Shown: positions 36,301 through 45,029, numbered from the stretch's first letter. The stretch: 64,000 nt of DNA from an uncultured Desulfovibrionaceae bacterium (GCA_964370835.1 CAYJLO010000005.1:3643-67642); one strand, 5' to 3'. Numbers and translations: made by a program. Notes: generated from the sequence alone by a model not told the origin.

Positions 36301-37903
36301 GATCAATGGGAGGATTGGTGACTTGCGCAAATTGTTGCTTAAAATAATTAAATAAAGCTCTTGGCTGAGTGTCAAGCACAGCTAAGGGAACATCATGCCC
36401 CATGGCACCCACAGGCTCTTGGCTATTTTTGGCCATGGGCATAAGCACATTGTTAATGGTTTTTGCATCATACCCGTACAGAACTTGAGTGCGTGCCACA
36501 TCGTATGTGCTTTCTTGTGAATGAGTATTACCATCACTGTGCATGAGGTCTGCAAGTGAAATGGCGCATTGTTTGAGCCAACGGCGATAAGGTTTTTCAC
36601 GAATGACATTCCCTTTTATTTCTGCATCGGAAATTATGCGTCTGGCGGCAACGTCCACCATGAGCATGCGCCGTGGGCGCAGCTGTTGGCGTGATACAAT
36701 ACGCTCAGGTTCAACGTCCATAACTCCCGTTTCCGACGCGAGAACTACCATACCATCTTGTGAAACTGTGGTACGGCAAGGGCGCAAACCATTACGGTCA
36801 AGCATTGCGCCAACACGACTGTGACCATCGGTAAATACAAGAGCTGTTGGGCCATCCCAAGGATCCATAAGTGCAGCATGATATTCATAAAAAGCACGTT
36901 TATTGTCACCCATAACAAAGGCAGTACCAAAGGGCTCGGGCAAGAGCATCATTAAAGCATGTGTCATGGAATAACCACAACGTACCAAGAGTTCCAAGGC
37001 ATTATCAAGACGTGCAGAGTCACTGGCTGTATCATCAACAATGGGGAAAAGATCTTTTAAGTCATCGCCAAAAAGTGCCGAAGACATTTGCGGTTGACGC
37101 ATATGCATGCGAGCTGCATTACCACGAATGGTGTTTATTTCTCCATTATGCGCTAAATTTTTAAAAGGCTGTGCCAAGCGCCATGAGGGTAGGGTGTTTG
37201 TGCTAAAACGCTCATGGAATACGGCGAAGGGTGCTGTAAAATTGATGTCGAGCAAGTCACCATATAAATCACCAAGGCAGGCTCCTGGCAGCATTCCTTT
37301 GTAAATAATACTGCGAGCAGAAAGGCTTACCACATAAAAACTGTTGCGCTCAAGGCCTTGTTGCGCAAGCCAATTTTGTACAGCTTTTTCCATGCGTCTG
37401 CGAGCCAAGTATAAAATACGCTCAAAGCCTTCACCTTGTGCGTTTTCGGCTGCTAAGTTCTTTGTGGGGCGAACTAAAATTTGCAACATATGCGGCATGG
37501 TGGCCAATGCCATGGGGCTTACCATGGTTGTATCCACGGGGACTTCGCGCTCGTCTTCAAGGCAAAGATGTGTCATTGCGAGACATTCTTTGATTATCTG
37601 CATAATGGGGGCGTGCGTGTGTGCCCCTTGTGGCATAAAAAGCTGTCCCACAGCAAAAGGAATAGCACTATCCATGGCCTGTAGTGTGGGCCACTGATGT
37701 TTAAAAAAGTTTTTAGGAAGTGGCATGAGTAAGCCAGCACCGTCGCCGGAATTATCTCCGCCATGTCCACCACGATGTGCAAGGCGAGCCATGGCGGTTA
37801 AAGCATCGGCTATGACCTGATGACTAGGTACACCGGAAAGCCGTGCGACAAAACCAACTCCACAGGCATCATGTTCATCTAACGGATTATATAAGCTACT
37901 CAT
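33380..37903 (-). CDS. gltB: Glutamate synthase large subunit (GltB / Fd-GOGAT-like, 1507 aa)
   Basis: The N-terminus ..DACGVGFVA carries the Ntn-amidotransferase catalytic Cys. It is followed by a central domain, an FMN/Fe-S domain (GEGGE..., CxxxxxC...C) and a C-terminal GXGXG beta-helix domain (GDANDYVGKGLSGG, GERFAVRNSGA). No small-subunit gene follows. Confidence 0.95.
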   Translation of the reverse strand: MSSLYNPLDEHDACGVGFVARLSGVPSHQVIADALTAMARLAHRGGHGGDNSGDGAGLLMPLPKNFFKHQWPTLQAMDSAIPFAVGQLFMPQGAHTHAPIMQIIKECLAMTHLCLEDEREVPVDTTMVSPMALATMPHMLQILVRPTKNLAAENAQGEGFERILYLARRRMEKAVQNWLAQQGLERNSFYVVSLSARSIIYKGMLPGACLGDLYGDLLDINFTAPFAVFHERFSTNTLPSWRLAQPFKNLAHNGEINTIRGNAARMHMRQPQMSSALFGDDLKDLFPIVDDTASDSARLDNALELLVRCGYSMTHALMMLLPEPFGTAFVMGDNKRAFYEYHAALMDPWDGPTALVFTDGHSRVGAMLDRNGLRPCRTTVSQDGMVVLASETGVMDVEPERIVSRQQLRPRRMLMVDVAARRIISDAEIKGNVIREKPYRRWLKQCAISLADLMHSDGNTHSQESTYDVARTQVLYGYDAKTINNVLMPMAKNSQEPVGAMGHDVPLAVLDTQPRALFNYFKQQFAQVTNPPIDPLREELSMSLMNFAGAERNILEPTPENCAILRLPHPFLDRNELLHIRMSTRKEVQAHTLDATFEATLDANTDHTGLALEQGLQDMFKAAEKALEDGATILIISDTKSSTTRAPIPSLLALSALHHHLQRAEKRHLCGLIVESGEAFEVMHMVLLSAYGASGICPYAALDTVKQLAEAGKLAEISPHMAQANYISALKKGMLKAFARLGISTQRSFKSGYYFEALGLEASLVNTYFCGTPSRIGGIGLDYIAKDALTRHAQAYGTTETKSQETSRLWTKDSVKLLHKAVRDNDAAAFADYAQPTTTSITLRDLFSVKRGSPIALEEVESSAEIVKRFVGAAMSFGSLSREAHETIAEACNGVGARSNCGEGGEEMQRSSLTEDGKDIRSRVRQIASGRFGVTAHYLAHADEIQIKMAQGAKPGEGGQLPGHKVTKEIAFARGTSQGVTLISPPPHHDIYSIEDLAQLIYDLRRIQPTATISVKLVAEAGVGTVAVGVAKAGADQILVSGHDGGTGSSPLSSIQQTGLPWEMGLLEVHEALLANGLRNKIKLRTDGLIRNGYDMLIAFMLGAEECSVGTALLVSLGCVMCRQCYKGACVAGIATQEPKLRARFSGKAEHIQRMFFFMAEDLRKHMAQLGIATVQELIGRADFLQARANLSERAKHLDLSTFFKCTCQGLAPWKACEDAHEAPSRLDRKIMERAEQLLLGKPVRCTYSGTIINTDRAIGTRLAGEIARRLMKRRLPQHSYTINLQGSAGQSLGAFLTSGVTITVRGDANDYVGKGLSGGIVVITPARESHFVAEEQAIVGNVALYGATSGEAYFCGMAGERFAVRNSGAVAVVEGMGDHGCEYMTGGVVVALGECGYNFAAGMSGGVAFVYDKNERFQNRCNTDSVDLESVKSPEDCNLLRSLIEQHNHYTGSAKAESLLKNWEAALPLFVKVMPLEHKEALERQQKNTRHGQETIAATEEVFMAN

Positions 37904-37933
37904 ACTTCATTCCTCATATTCTTTTTGCGCCAA

Positions 37934-37963
37934 CATGGGAGGAGATAGAAATCCCCTCCCATG
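37934..37963 (-). promoter_or_regulatory. Intercistronic stem-loop between glnN and gltB
   Basis: CATGGGAGG (37934-37942) and CCTCCCATG (37955-37963) form a perfect 9-bp stem with a 12-nt loop inside the 81-nt glnN-gltB spacer. No U-tract follows, so this is more likely an mRNA processing or stability element than a full terminator. Confidence 0.4.
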
Positions 37964-37984
37964 ATAATTATTGTAAGTGAATTA

Positions 37985-40183
37985 TTAGTTTATCCAAAGC
38001 ATTTCTGCATAGCGTGGGAATGGCCATGTGGCGTCTTCAACCATAAGTTCAAGTTCATCTGCATGCTTACGGCATTGATTAAGAGCCGGAACAACATGTT
38101 TGAGCATTGCTTGCGCGTGCTCTAAGACATCTTCGCCATGCTCTGCATTTTGCGCTGCTTCGAGGGCTTTAAGCGCATCACTTAAGGCAAGGCAAGTTTG
38201 ACGTAAATTGGTAAAGCGTTCTTCTTCTGGTAATATTTGTGTACTACCAAGTACAGCACGAGTTTGCAATACAAGTTCAGCGGCTTCCTTTTGCGCACGC
38301 AGACCCACGGGAAGAATGCTTTCACGAATCATGGCTGAGCAAACATTGGCTTCAATGTTGATGAGCTTGGCATAGGTTTCCAATAATATTTCTTGGCGTG
38401 CGAGTATTTCGCGTTCTGAGAGAATATTGGTGCGTAAAAACACTTCCATGACTTCAGGGTCGTTATAATGTTCCAAAGCTTCCACTGTGGTGGCAAGATT
38501 TGGAAGGCCACGCTTTTCTGCTTCGATGGGCCATTCAGCAGAGTAGCCATTGCCATTGAAGACGACGGGCATATGTTCGGCAAAAATGCGTGGAAGTAGG
38601 CTTTGTAAAGCTTCCGTTAAGGATGTGCCAGAGCTTACAGAGGCTTCAAGTTCGGTGGCGATGTCATCAAGGGCACAAGCAACGGCGGCATTGAGTGAAA
38701 TGTTTACAGGTGCTACCGACTGAGAGGAACCTACGGCACGAAATTCAAACTTATTACCGGTAAAAGCAAAAGAGCTTGTACGGTTACGGTCAGAATAGTC
38801 CTTGGGTAAAGGGGGGAGCACATCAACGCCAATTTCCATGAAGGGTTTACCGTCTTCATTTTGTGCTTTGCCGGTGATAAGCGTTTCTAAAACGTTGGTG
38901 AGTTGGTCACCAAGAAATACAGAAATAATAGCTGGTGGAGCTTCATTGGCACCAAGGCGATGATCATTGCCAGCTCCCAGTGTGCCGAGGCGCAAAGCCA
39001 TGCTATGCTTATGTACAGCTCTTAAGGTTGCGGCAAGAAACACGAGGAACTGAGCATTGTGAAGAGGTGTTTCGCCAGGGTTGAGAAGATTGTCGCCATC
39101 GGAATCAACCAAAGACCAGTTGTTGTGCTTGCCACTACCATTGACACCTGCGAAAGGCTTTTCATGTAAAAGGCACATGAAACCATGTTCAGCGGCTGTA
39201 TGGCGCAAAATATTCATGGTGAGCATATTGTGGTCGGTTGCGATATTGCATTCTTCATAAAGAGGAGCTAGCTCAAATTGACCAGGAGCCACTTCATTAT
39301 GACGAGTTTTTACAGGAATACCAAGGGCGAAAAGGCGCTTTTCAACGTCATGCATAAAGGCCATGACACGAGCTGGAATGTCACCAAAGTAGTGGTCTTC
39401 CATTTCTTGTCCCTTGGGGGCGGGGGCACCTTGGAGAGTGCGACCTGTGAGCAATAAGTCAGGGCGCAAGGCTGCAAGGCGGCTATCTACCAAGAAGTAT
39501 TCTTGCTCTGCACCAACCATGGGGCGAACATGCGTGGTTTTGTCTTTACCAAAGAGATGTAATATACGCAAAGCTTGACGAGAAATAGCAGAAATTGAGC
39601 GCAAAAGTGGTGTTTTACGGTCAAGTGCTTCACCGGAGTAAGAATAGAACATGGAGGGAATATGCAAAGTGTGACCAAGTTTTCCCGGAAGCAAGAAGGC
39701 TGGTACGGTGGGATCCCACGCTGTATAACCCCGTGCTTCAAAAGTTGAACGAATACCACCGGAGGGGAAAGATGACGCGTCGGGTTCACCGCTAATGAGC
39801 ATTTTTCCTGAAAATTCATGTAATAAATGTCCGTCAGAGGAAAGAGTAAGAAACGCGTCGTGCTTTTCCGCTGTATATCCAGTCATGGGATGGAACCAGT
39901 GTGCATAGTGTGTTGCTCCACGCTCAAGAGCCCAATCTTTCATGGAAGAAGCTACTACATTTGCAATTTCAGCTGGCAACCGAGCCCCTTCACGAATGGT
40001 GAGCTCAAGCTGTTTAAATACGTCACGGGGCAAACGTTCACGCATGACGTGAATGGTAAAAACATCTTTTGCAAAATGGCGACTCATTTCTACGTTGGGG
40101 GTTAAATGCCCCTCTGTGGAATCGATATCGCAAGGGGTAGCGCTAAAAGCTTCCATAACGGCAAGGCTGCGTGCTGTTGTCAT
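37985..40183 (-). CDS. glnN: Glutamine synthetase type III
   Basis: 732 aa, the GSIII size class. It carries a GS catalytic-domain motif, NGSGKHNNWS, and regions HNEVAPGQFE and GANEAPP. It lies immediately upstream of gltB, forming a GS-GOGAT pair. Confidence 0.9.
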   Translation of the reverse strand: MTTARSLAVMEAFSATPCDIDSTEGHLTPNVEMSRHFAKDVFTIHVMRERLPRDVFKQLELTIREGARLPAEIANVVASSMKDWALERGATHYAHWFHPMTGYTAEKHDAFLTLSSDGHLLHEFSGKMLISGEPDASSFPSGGIRSTFEARGYTAWDPTVPAFLLPGKLGHTLHIPSMFYSYSGEALDRKTPLLRSISAISRQALRILHLFGKDKTTHVRPMVGAEQEYFLVDSRLAALRPDLLLTGRTLQGAPAPKGQEMEDHYFGDIPARVMAFMHDVEKRLFALGIPVKTRHNEVAPGQFELAPLYEECNIATDHNMLTMNILRHTAAEHGFMCLLHEKPFAGVNGSGKHNNWSLVDSDGDNLLNPGETPLHNAQFLVFLAATLRAVHKHSMALRLGTLGAGNDHRLGANEAPPAIISVFLGDQLTNVLETLITGKAQNEDGKPFMEIGVDVLPPLPKDYSDRNRTSSFAFTGNKFEFRAVGSSQSVAPVNISLNAAVACALDDIATELEASVSSGTSLTEALQSLLPRIFAEHMPVVFNGNGYSAEWPIEAEKRGLPNLATTVEALEHYNDPEVMEVFLRTNILSEREILARQEILLETYAKLINIEANVCSAMIRESILPVGLRAQKEAAELVLQTRAVLGSTQILPEEERFTNLRQTCLALSDALKALEAAQNAEHGEDVLEHAQAMLKHVVPALNQCRKHADELELMVEDATWPFPRYAEMLWIN

Positions 40184-40277
40184 CTTAAGACTCCTTAAAT
40201 ATTACACTTATTTCATTAAAATTACTCTAATGCCTTATTGCACAGGCTTTTGAGAGTGTTTGCATAGTTTGGCAATT

Positions 40278-40294
40278 AGCATAAGCTGTGCCAA
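40278..40294 (-). promoter_or_regulatory. Sigma-54 (-24/-12) promoter candidate for glnN-gltB
   Basis: The minus strand reads TTGGCAC-AGCTT-ATGCT. GG and GC are separated by exactly 10 nt, matching TGGCAC-N5-TTGCW at all but one core position. It lies about 95 nt upstream of the glnN ATG. Confidence 0.55.
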
Positions 40295-41120
40295 AACTTT
40301 GAGACCGTTTTGTGTATTATTTTAATTGTCTTAAATAATAGAGATTATTTTTTTTAAATATGGTTAGAAATTCATGAGTCATATATAATATGCGAGTAAG
40401 CAAGAGATGTTTGGGGTTTTTTGTACAAAATGGTAGAAATACAAAGGTGAATAATAATTTCACATCTGCCATTTTAGCTTCTACTAAAAAAAATCTCAAT
40501 TTTAGTTTTTAATATTAGTACGTTTTAGAAAAAATACCTCTGCGTAGAAAATATTTTCGTTGTTTAGAATGCAAACAACAAAAAAAATACAATTTTGCAC
40601 TTTTATGCTTTGAGAATTATGATGGCCGAGTGTATTGTTGTAACATGTTTATATATTATAACAAAGCCAGAAAGTGTCAGTTTGGATACGCTCTGTGCTT
40701 TAGGAAATATGTATGAGCCTTTGCATTGGTGGCATGGAAGTTTATGTATGTTCCTTCTTGGATGGAAAGACCAAAGAATGCTATTGTGAGCGTCTTTATT
40801 GTGCTTTGTAGGTTCTTGTAATGTTGACGATATCGAATAGAGCTGCATGTCATGGTTGATGGTATGTTTTCGCAAAGACTTTTCTACGTATATGTAGAAA
40901 ATAGCATTGGTGAGAGTATTCCATGCTTGATTGCCACGCACACTTGCCAATGATAAAGTATGGTGAATTTTCCATCACAGAGAAGGGCAACAAAGACTGC
41001 GTGTGTTTTGTACGGTTATTGGCTTTTGTTTTGGAGGGGGGAAGTGTTTTTGGTAGAGTCTTGTTGTTTTTTGTCAAAGAGTACAGATCGTGTCAAAATT
41101 GTTGGAAAATCCATTGTTTT

Positions 41121-42536
41121 TTATTGTTCCAGCAACTGTAACGCCATTTTAGGAAGACTATTGGCTTGAGCTAGCATGGCAGTGGCGCCTTGTGCGAGTA
41201 TTTGTTGGCGAACAAATTCGGTCATCTCCATACCCACATCTGTGTCAGAAATGCGAGATTCAGAGGCTTGAAGGTTTTCTGCTTGCAGCGCAAGGTTGCT
41301 CACGGTGGCCTCTAAGCGATTTTCCATGGCGCCAAAATGAGCGCGAATACCATCTTTTTTTACAATGGCCTCATCGATTTTTTCTAAAGCTTGTTGGGCT
41401 TTGCTTTGTGTTTCGATGGTGAGCGGTGGTATGTATGGGTTATCCTCGGAAGGTATAGAGCCCCATGACGTGGTAATATCAAACTGTCCTGCACCCACCA
41501 CAAACACAAGTAAGTGTTCTTGAGCTTCTTCTATGGTAAGGTATTCATTGTTGTTCGTGTTTATTTCTCCCGAATAACCCATGTGTGTGCCATTTACTGT
41601 AAATTGATTGTAAGGCGCAACATCGGTGTAGCTAAGGGTTTGATTCCCATTGAGCTTTGCATCGGTGTAGGTGGCGTCTGGCAAAAAACCATTGGCTTCT
41701 GTAACAATATGCGTAGCCATATCGCTAAGGTTATCTATTCCCGCCGTTGTCCAATCCTCTCCAGAGCTATGCGTGCCCGCGATATGTTCCCCTGACATGG
41801 TGAAAATCTGTAGAGAGTCATTACGCCCAAGGTCATCCAAGTGAAAGCTAATATTTTTTGAACCTTGAGGAATAACAGCAAAAGTAACACGCCCAGAGCT
41901 AAATCTTTGGGTAGCGCCATTGGTGAGTTTGTCAGAAATAGTATCAAGGTGGCCGGGTAATTCTTGGGGTTCTTCTGTAAGCCCCAATGCTTGAAGAGTC
42001 GCCGCCGCTCCGTGGATATAATAATAATCTTCAGCGCTGTCATTACCTGTGCCAAAATGTATTTTTGCCGCGCCGCTAGAAGAGAGTGCGTTGCCATTAT
42101 GCTGACCAGAAAGAGAACCATCTAAGAGCTTGATGCCGTTAAAATCTGTGGCATAAGCAATGCGATCTATCTCTTGCGCTTGGCTTTGAAACTCTGCGTC
42201 AATCATACCTCTTTGTGTGGAGTCGTAGGTGCCTGTGGCCGCTTGCATGGCCAGTTCTTTCATGCGGATAAGGCACTGATCAATGACTTGCAAAGCCCCG
42301 TCAGCCGTTTGCATCATGGAAATGGCGTCGTTGGCATTGCGTATGCCTTGATTGAGCGAGGCTATGTCGGCGCGCATGAGCTCGCGAATGGCAAGCCCCG
42401 CAGAGTCATCGGCAGCGCTGTTGATGCGTAGACCAGACGAAAGACGCATTACAGATGTACTTAAATTACCATAATGCGTGTTTAAGTTTTGAGCTGTGTT
42501 TGCAGCCATGAAGTTATGTCGAACGGCTAAAAGCAT
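41121..42536 (-). CDS. Flagellin
   Basis: Conserved N-terminal domain (NFMAANTAQNLNTHYGNLSTSVMRLSSGLRINSAADDSAGLAIRE) and C-terminal domain (LEATVSNLALQAENLQASESRISDTDVGMEMTEFVRQQILAQGATAMLAQANSLP), with a variable central region. The ATG at 42536 is preceded by GAGGAGG. The ORF-track GTG at 42548 lies within that RBS. Confidence 0.9.
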   Translation of the reverse strand: MLLAVRHNFMAANTAQNLNTHYGNLSTSVMRLSSGLRINSAADDSAGLAIRELMRADIASLNQGIRNANDAISMMQTADGALQVIDQCLIRMKELAMQAATGTYDSTQRGMIDAEFQSQAQEIDRIAYATDFNGIKLLDGSLSGQHNGNALSSSGAAKIHFGTGNDSAEDYYYIHGAAATLQALGLTEEPQELPGHLDTISDKLTNGATQRFSSGRVTFAVIPQGSKNISFHLDDLGRNDSLQIFTMSGEHIAGTHSSGEDWTTAGIDNLSDMATHIVTEANGFLPDATYTDAKLNGNQTLSYTDVAPYNQFTVNGTHMGYSGEINTNNNEYLTIEEAQEHLLVFVVGAGQFDITTSWGSIPSEDNPYIPPLTIETQSKAQQALEKIDEAIVKKDGIRAHFGAMENRLEATVSNLALQAENLQASESRISDTDVGMEMTEFVRQQILAQGATAMLAQANSLPKMALQLLEQ

Positions 42537-42590
42537 GACCCTCCTCACAGGGTAGGAAAATTTAGCCGTATACAGTACGGAAAATACTTA

Positions 42591-42607
42591 AGCAAAATAT
42601 GTTCCAG
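42591..42607 (-). promoter_or_regulatory. Sigma-54-type promoter candidate upstream of the flagellin gene
   Basis: The minus strand reads CTGGAAC-ATATT-TTGCT, with GG-N10-GC spacing and one deviation from TGGCAC-N5-TTGCW. It lies about 55 nt upstream of the ATG at 42536. Confidence 0.45.
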
Positions 42608-42946
42608 GTGCATTTATGTGGAAAAAAAGGCTGTTTAATGAAATTCATTTATTGCCAAAAAAGAGGCTAAAAAAAGTATTTTTTAATAAAAATTTAACTG
42701 TAAATTTTTATTAAACGCTTGTAAAAAGTCACATGCAAATACAAGATAAAGTGCGTTTAGATACTATTTTTTTGTTAAATAAATATTTTTTTATTGTTAT
42801 ATTTTAAATAGTTTTGTACTGAATGTTTTTTTATTTTTTTTCATACTTGACAAATAAAGTAGGAATGCTTTAAAAGGTTTTTAATGAATTTGAAAACAAC
42901 ATTCAATTTCTAAATAACGTATACAGTACCCACGATTCAAGGAGTT

Positions 42947-43414
42947 TTGAGATTGAAACTACAGCGTTATATACTGCTCATGGTCTTAGTATTTACTTTG
43001 GGCGGATGCGCATCACAAGGTAGGGTGCCTGGCAATAAAATAACGGGCCAAGATTTTGTGGAAATAAGTGATTTCTTCCACGCTTACATGGAAGCTTTTA
43101 ACAGCCGAGATATGTATAAACTTATAGGGTTTTATGCGCCTCACTCACTCACGTATGTACTGAATGAAGATGAAGGGTATTATTTGACTAAAGATGCTCT
43201 CCTTAAAGCCTTTGAGCTTAAAAAAGAAGGCTGGGCACAGAAAAATATGCATCTTGAAGAAGTGAAGATTTCAAACTCCAGCGCCACTGGAAGCACGGTA
43301 ACAGTGAATGTGGAGTTTTCAGTCAACAGTAATACATGGCTTGGAGAATATAACATAAGGTATGCTGTTGATAAGGTGAACGGACAGTATCAAATTGTCC
43401 GAGAAAATATGTAG
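42947..43414 (+). CDS. Lipoprotein with an NTF2/SnoaL-like fold (tentative)
   Basis: Lipobox LVFTLGGC|ASQG after a hydrophobic leader. The mature part has the pattern F..Y.EAFN.RD...L...Y typical of SnoaL/DUF4440-type domains. The start codon is uncertain (TTG). Confidence 0.5.
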   Translation: MRLKLQRYILLMVLVFTLGGCASQGRVPGNKITGQDFVEISDFFHAYMEAFNSRDMYKLIGFYAPHSLTYVLNEDEGYYLTKDALLKAFELKKEGWAQKNMHLEEVKISNSSATGSTVTVNVEFSVNSNTWLGEYNIRYAVDKVNGQYQIVRENM

Positions 43415-43496
43415 TGCACACCTTTCTGAGATGAGTGTGCATAGAGGGGAGGATGGGAATTATTTTTAATGACGGTATAGCGAGGAGTGGAGTTGA

Positions 43497-43757
43497 GTGA
43501 TACTGAATGAAAAGTATTTTTCTGAAGCGCATAAGGAAATTTTAGGACAACTAAGTACCTGTTACAAAGAGTTGTTTGAACATTCTGGGCACGGAAAAAT
43601 GAGCATTGAAATGCGCTTTTTAAAACGCGGGCAGAAAGAGATTTTGATTAACTGTGGCAGAGAATATCGCTTTACGGTGGATTGCTGCGAAACTTGCTCC
43701 AAGGGTAAAACTTGTGAACGTATAGAGTCTATTAGCGAGAAATATACCAAGGAGTAA
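43497..43757 (+). CDS. Small Cys-rich hypothetical protein (86 aa)
   Basis: GTG start with a GAGGAG RBS 9 nt upstream. The C-terminal part has a CC..C....C cluster (FTVDCCETCSKGKTCE). No family recognised. Confidence 0.4.
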   Translation: MILNEKYFSEAHKEILGQLSTCYKELFEHSGHGKMSIEMRFLKRGQKEILINCGREYRFTVDCCETCSKGKTCERIESISEKYTKE

Positions 43758-43912
43758 CTTACTTACCATTTTTATGGGCCCTGCCTGTCTAGAGGGACTA
43801 GAAGGCTGTTATATTTAGAGGAGAAAATCGTCATTGTGACGTGATTTGGGCAGATTCTGAGGCGGAATTGCACAATCAAAGAGTGTAATTTACTTTAGGA
43901 GTTTATTTAATC

Positions 43913-44911
43913 ATGTTTACTTTACGTAAAAAAAGCAAACAGTCCGGTTTCACATTGATGGAACTACTCATCGTTATCGCCATCCTTGGCTTACTTCTTG
44001 GCCTTATTGCCCCCCGTCTTGGTGGTATCACCGCCAGCACCGCTGACAACGTTTGCGATACCAACAACAAAGGTATTCGCGGCATGACAGCTCTCTTCCT
44101 TGAAACCAACGGTACATTACCATCTGGTTTAACCAACATGGTTGAATATTCTGCTGCTGACACTGCAGTACTTGCTAGCATCCAAAATGCTGCAACTCCT
44201 TATGATGCTGACGCTGGCACAGGTGAAGAAGTTATCTCTGCTGCTTTTGCTGGTCGTAACTATCCTGGTCTTTACGAAATTAGCCAAGCTGAATTCCAAG
44301 ACTTGGCTGCTTTGGGTGTAACAACCGTACATAACTTAGTAGGTTGGGACGCTACTGCTGCTACACCAGCTGCTCGTGCTATGCATGAAGGTAACCTTGC
44401 TGCAGGTTCCCCTGTTATGATGCTCGGCGTTGGTGGTGGTGACACTCCTGCATTGGTAGATATTAATAGTGCTGATTACTTTGACGCCATGCCTGGTGCT
44501 ACTAGCACATTTGGTGCTGACGGTACTATTGCTGGTAACCCATCTTGGTGGGGTCGTATTGCTATGGCCGTTAACGACAAGTGCGACTTAGTAACTTCCG
44601 GTCTTATCACCGCTTCTGCCCTTTGCCCCACAGCTGTATTGGCTGAAGGCTTATTCTCTCATGAAGAATTCTTCATCATTCTTCCACGTCTTCAAGGTAC
44701 TGTTGACCGCGCTGACATGATTGCTTTAGCTGGAACCATTGCTAACACTTCTTGGGTAGCTGCTACCGAAGGTGGCACAGCAATAGCTAACGGCGAACTC
44801 GTAGAAGTTGCATACTTAGAAGCTCAAGAAGCTTGGCAGTTTGAAGTTGCTTGCCCAGAAGGTCACAAGTGGCCTGCTCCTGATGCCGAAGCTTGGATCC
44901 CACTTCCATAA
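43913..44911 (+). CDS. Prepilin-type protein, candidate major (pseudo)pilin, unusually large (332 aa)
   Basis: Class III signal MFTLRKKSKQSG|FTLMELLIVIAILGLL, with Gly(-1), Phe(+1), Glu(+5) and a hydrophobic alpha1 helix. A GGAG RBS precedes the start. The gene is followed by a strong terminator, as is common for highly expressed pilin genes. Confidence 0.85.
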   Translation: MFTLRKKSKQSGFTLMELLIVIAILGLLLGLIAPRLGGITASTADNVCDTNNKGIRGMTALFLETNGTLPSGLTNMVEYSAADTAVLASIQNAATPYDADAGTGEEVISAAFAGRNYPGLYEISQAEFQDLAALGVTTVHNLVGWDATAATPAARAMHEGNLAAGSPVMMLGVGGGDTPALVDINSADYFDAMPGATSTFGADGTIAGNPSWWGRIAMAVNDKCDLVTSGLITASALCPTAVLAEGLFSHEEFFIILPRLQGTVDRADMIALAGTIANTSWVAATEGGTAIANGELVEVAYLEAQEAWQFEVACPEGHKWPAPDAEAWIPLP

Positions 44912-44934
44912 TTATAGCGTAATTGCTTAAACTT

Positions 44935-44964
44935 AGACGGTGGGCTTGCCCACCGTCTTTTCCG
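44935..44964 (+). terminator. Rho-independent terminator after the pilin gene
   Basis: AGACGGTGGG cttg CCCACCGTCT (10-bp GC-rich stem, 4-nt loop) followed by TTTTCC. Confidence 0.8.
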
Positions 44965-45029
44965 TACGCATTTTGATGGTGGGGGTGAAATCTCCACCAT
45001 CTTTACCAAAGAGAGAAAGAGAGACAGCC

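Noticed and set aside
40317-41169. Short ORFs in the AT-rich glnN-flagellin intergenic region (40317..40499, 40595..40789, 40603..40950, 40850..41077, 40923..41141, 40960..41169).
   Set aside because: They are mutually overlapping, with AT-driven composition (Lys/Ile/Phe/Asn-rich, many Cys/His), no RBS, and no recognisable domains.
42549-42620. Sigma-28 promoter for the flagellin gene (TAAG...ACGGCTAA on the minus strand).
   Set aside because: Only about 5 of 8 positions match in the -10 box and the spacing is off. The sigma-54 geometry in the same region fits much better.
44940-45029. ORF-track start at 44940 for the GspL-like gene.
   Set aside because: The first 30 codons would be translated through the pilin terminator hairpin. 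The ATG at 45030 is the first start beyond it.
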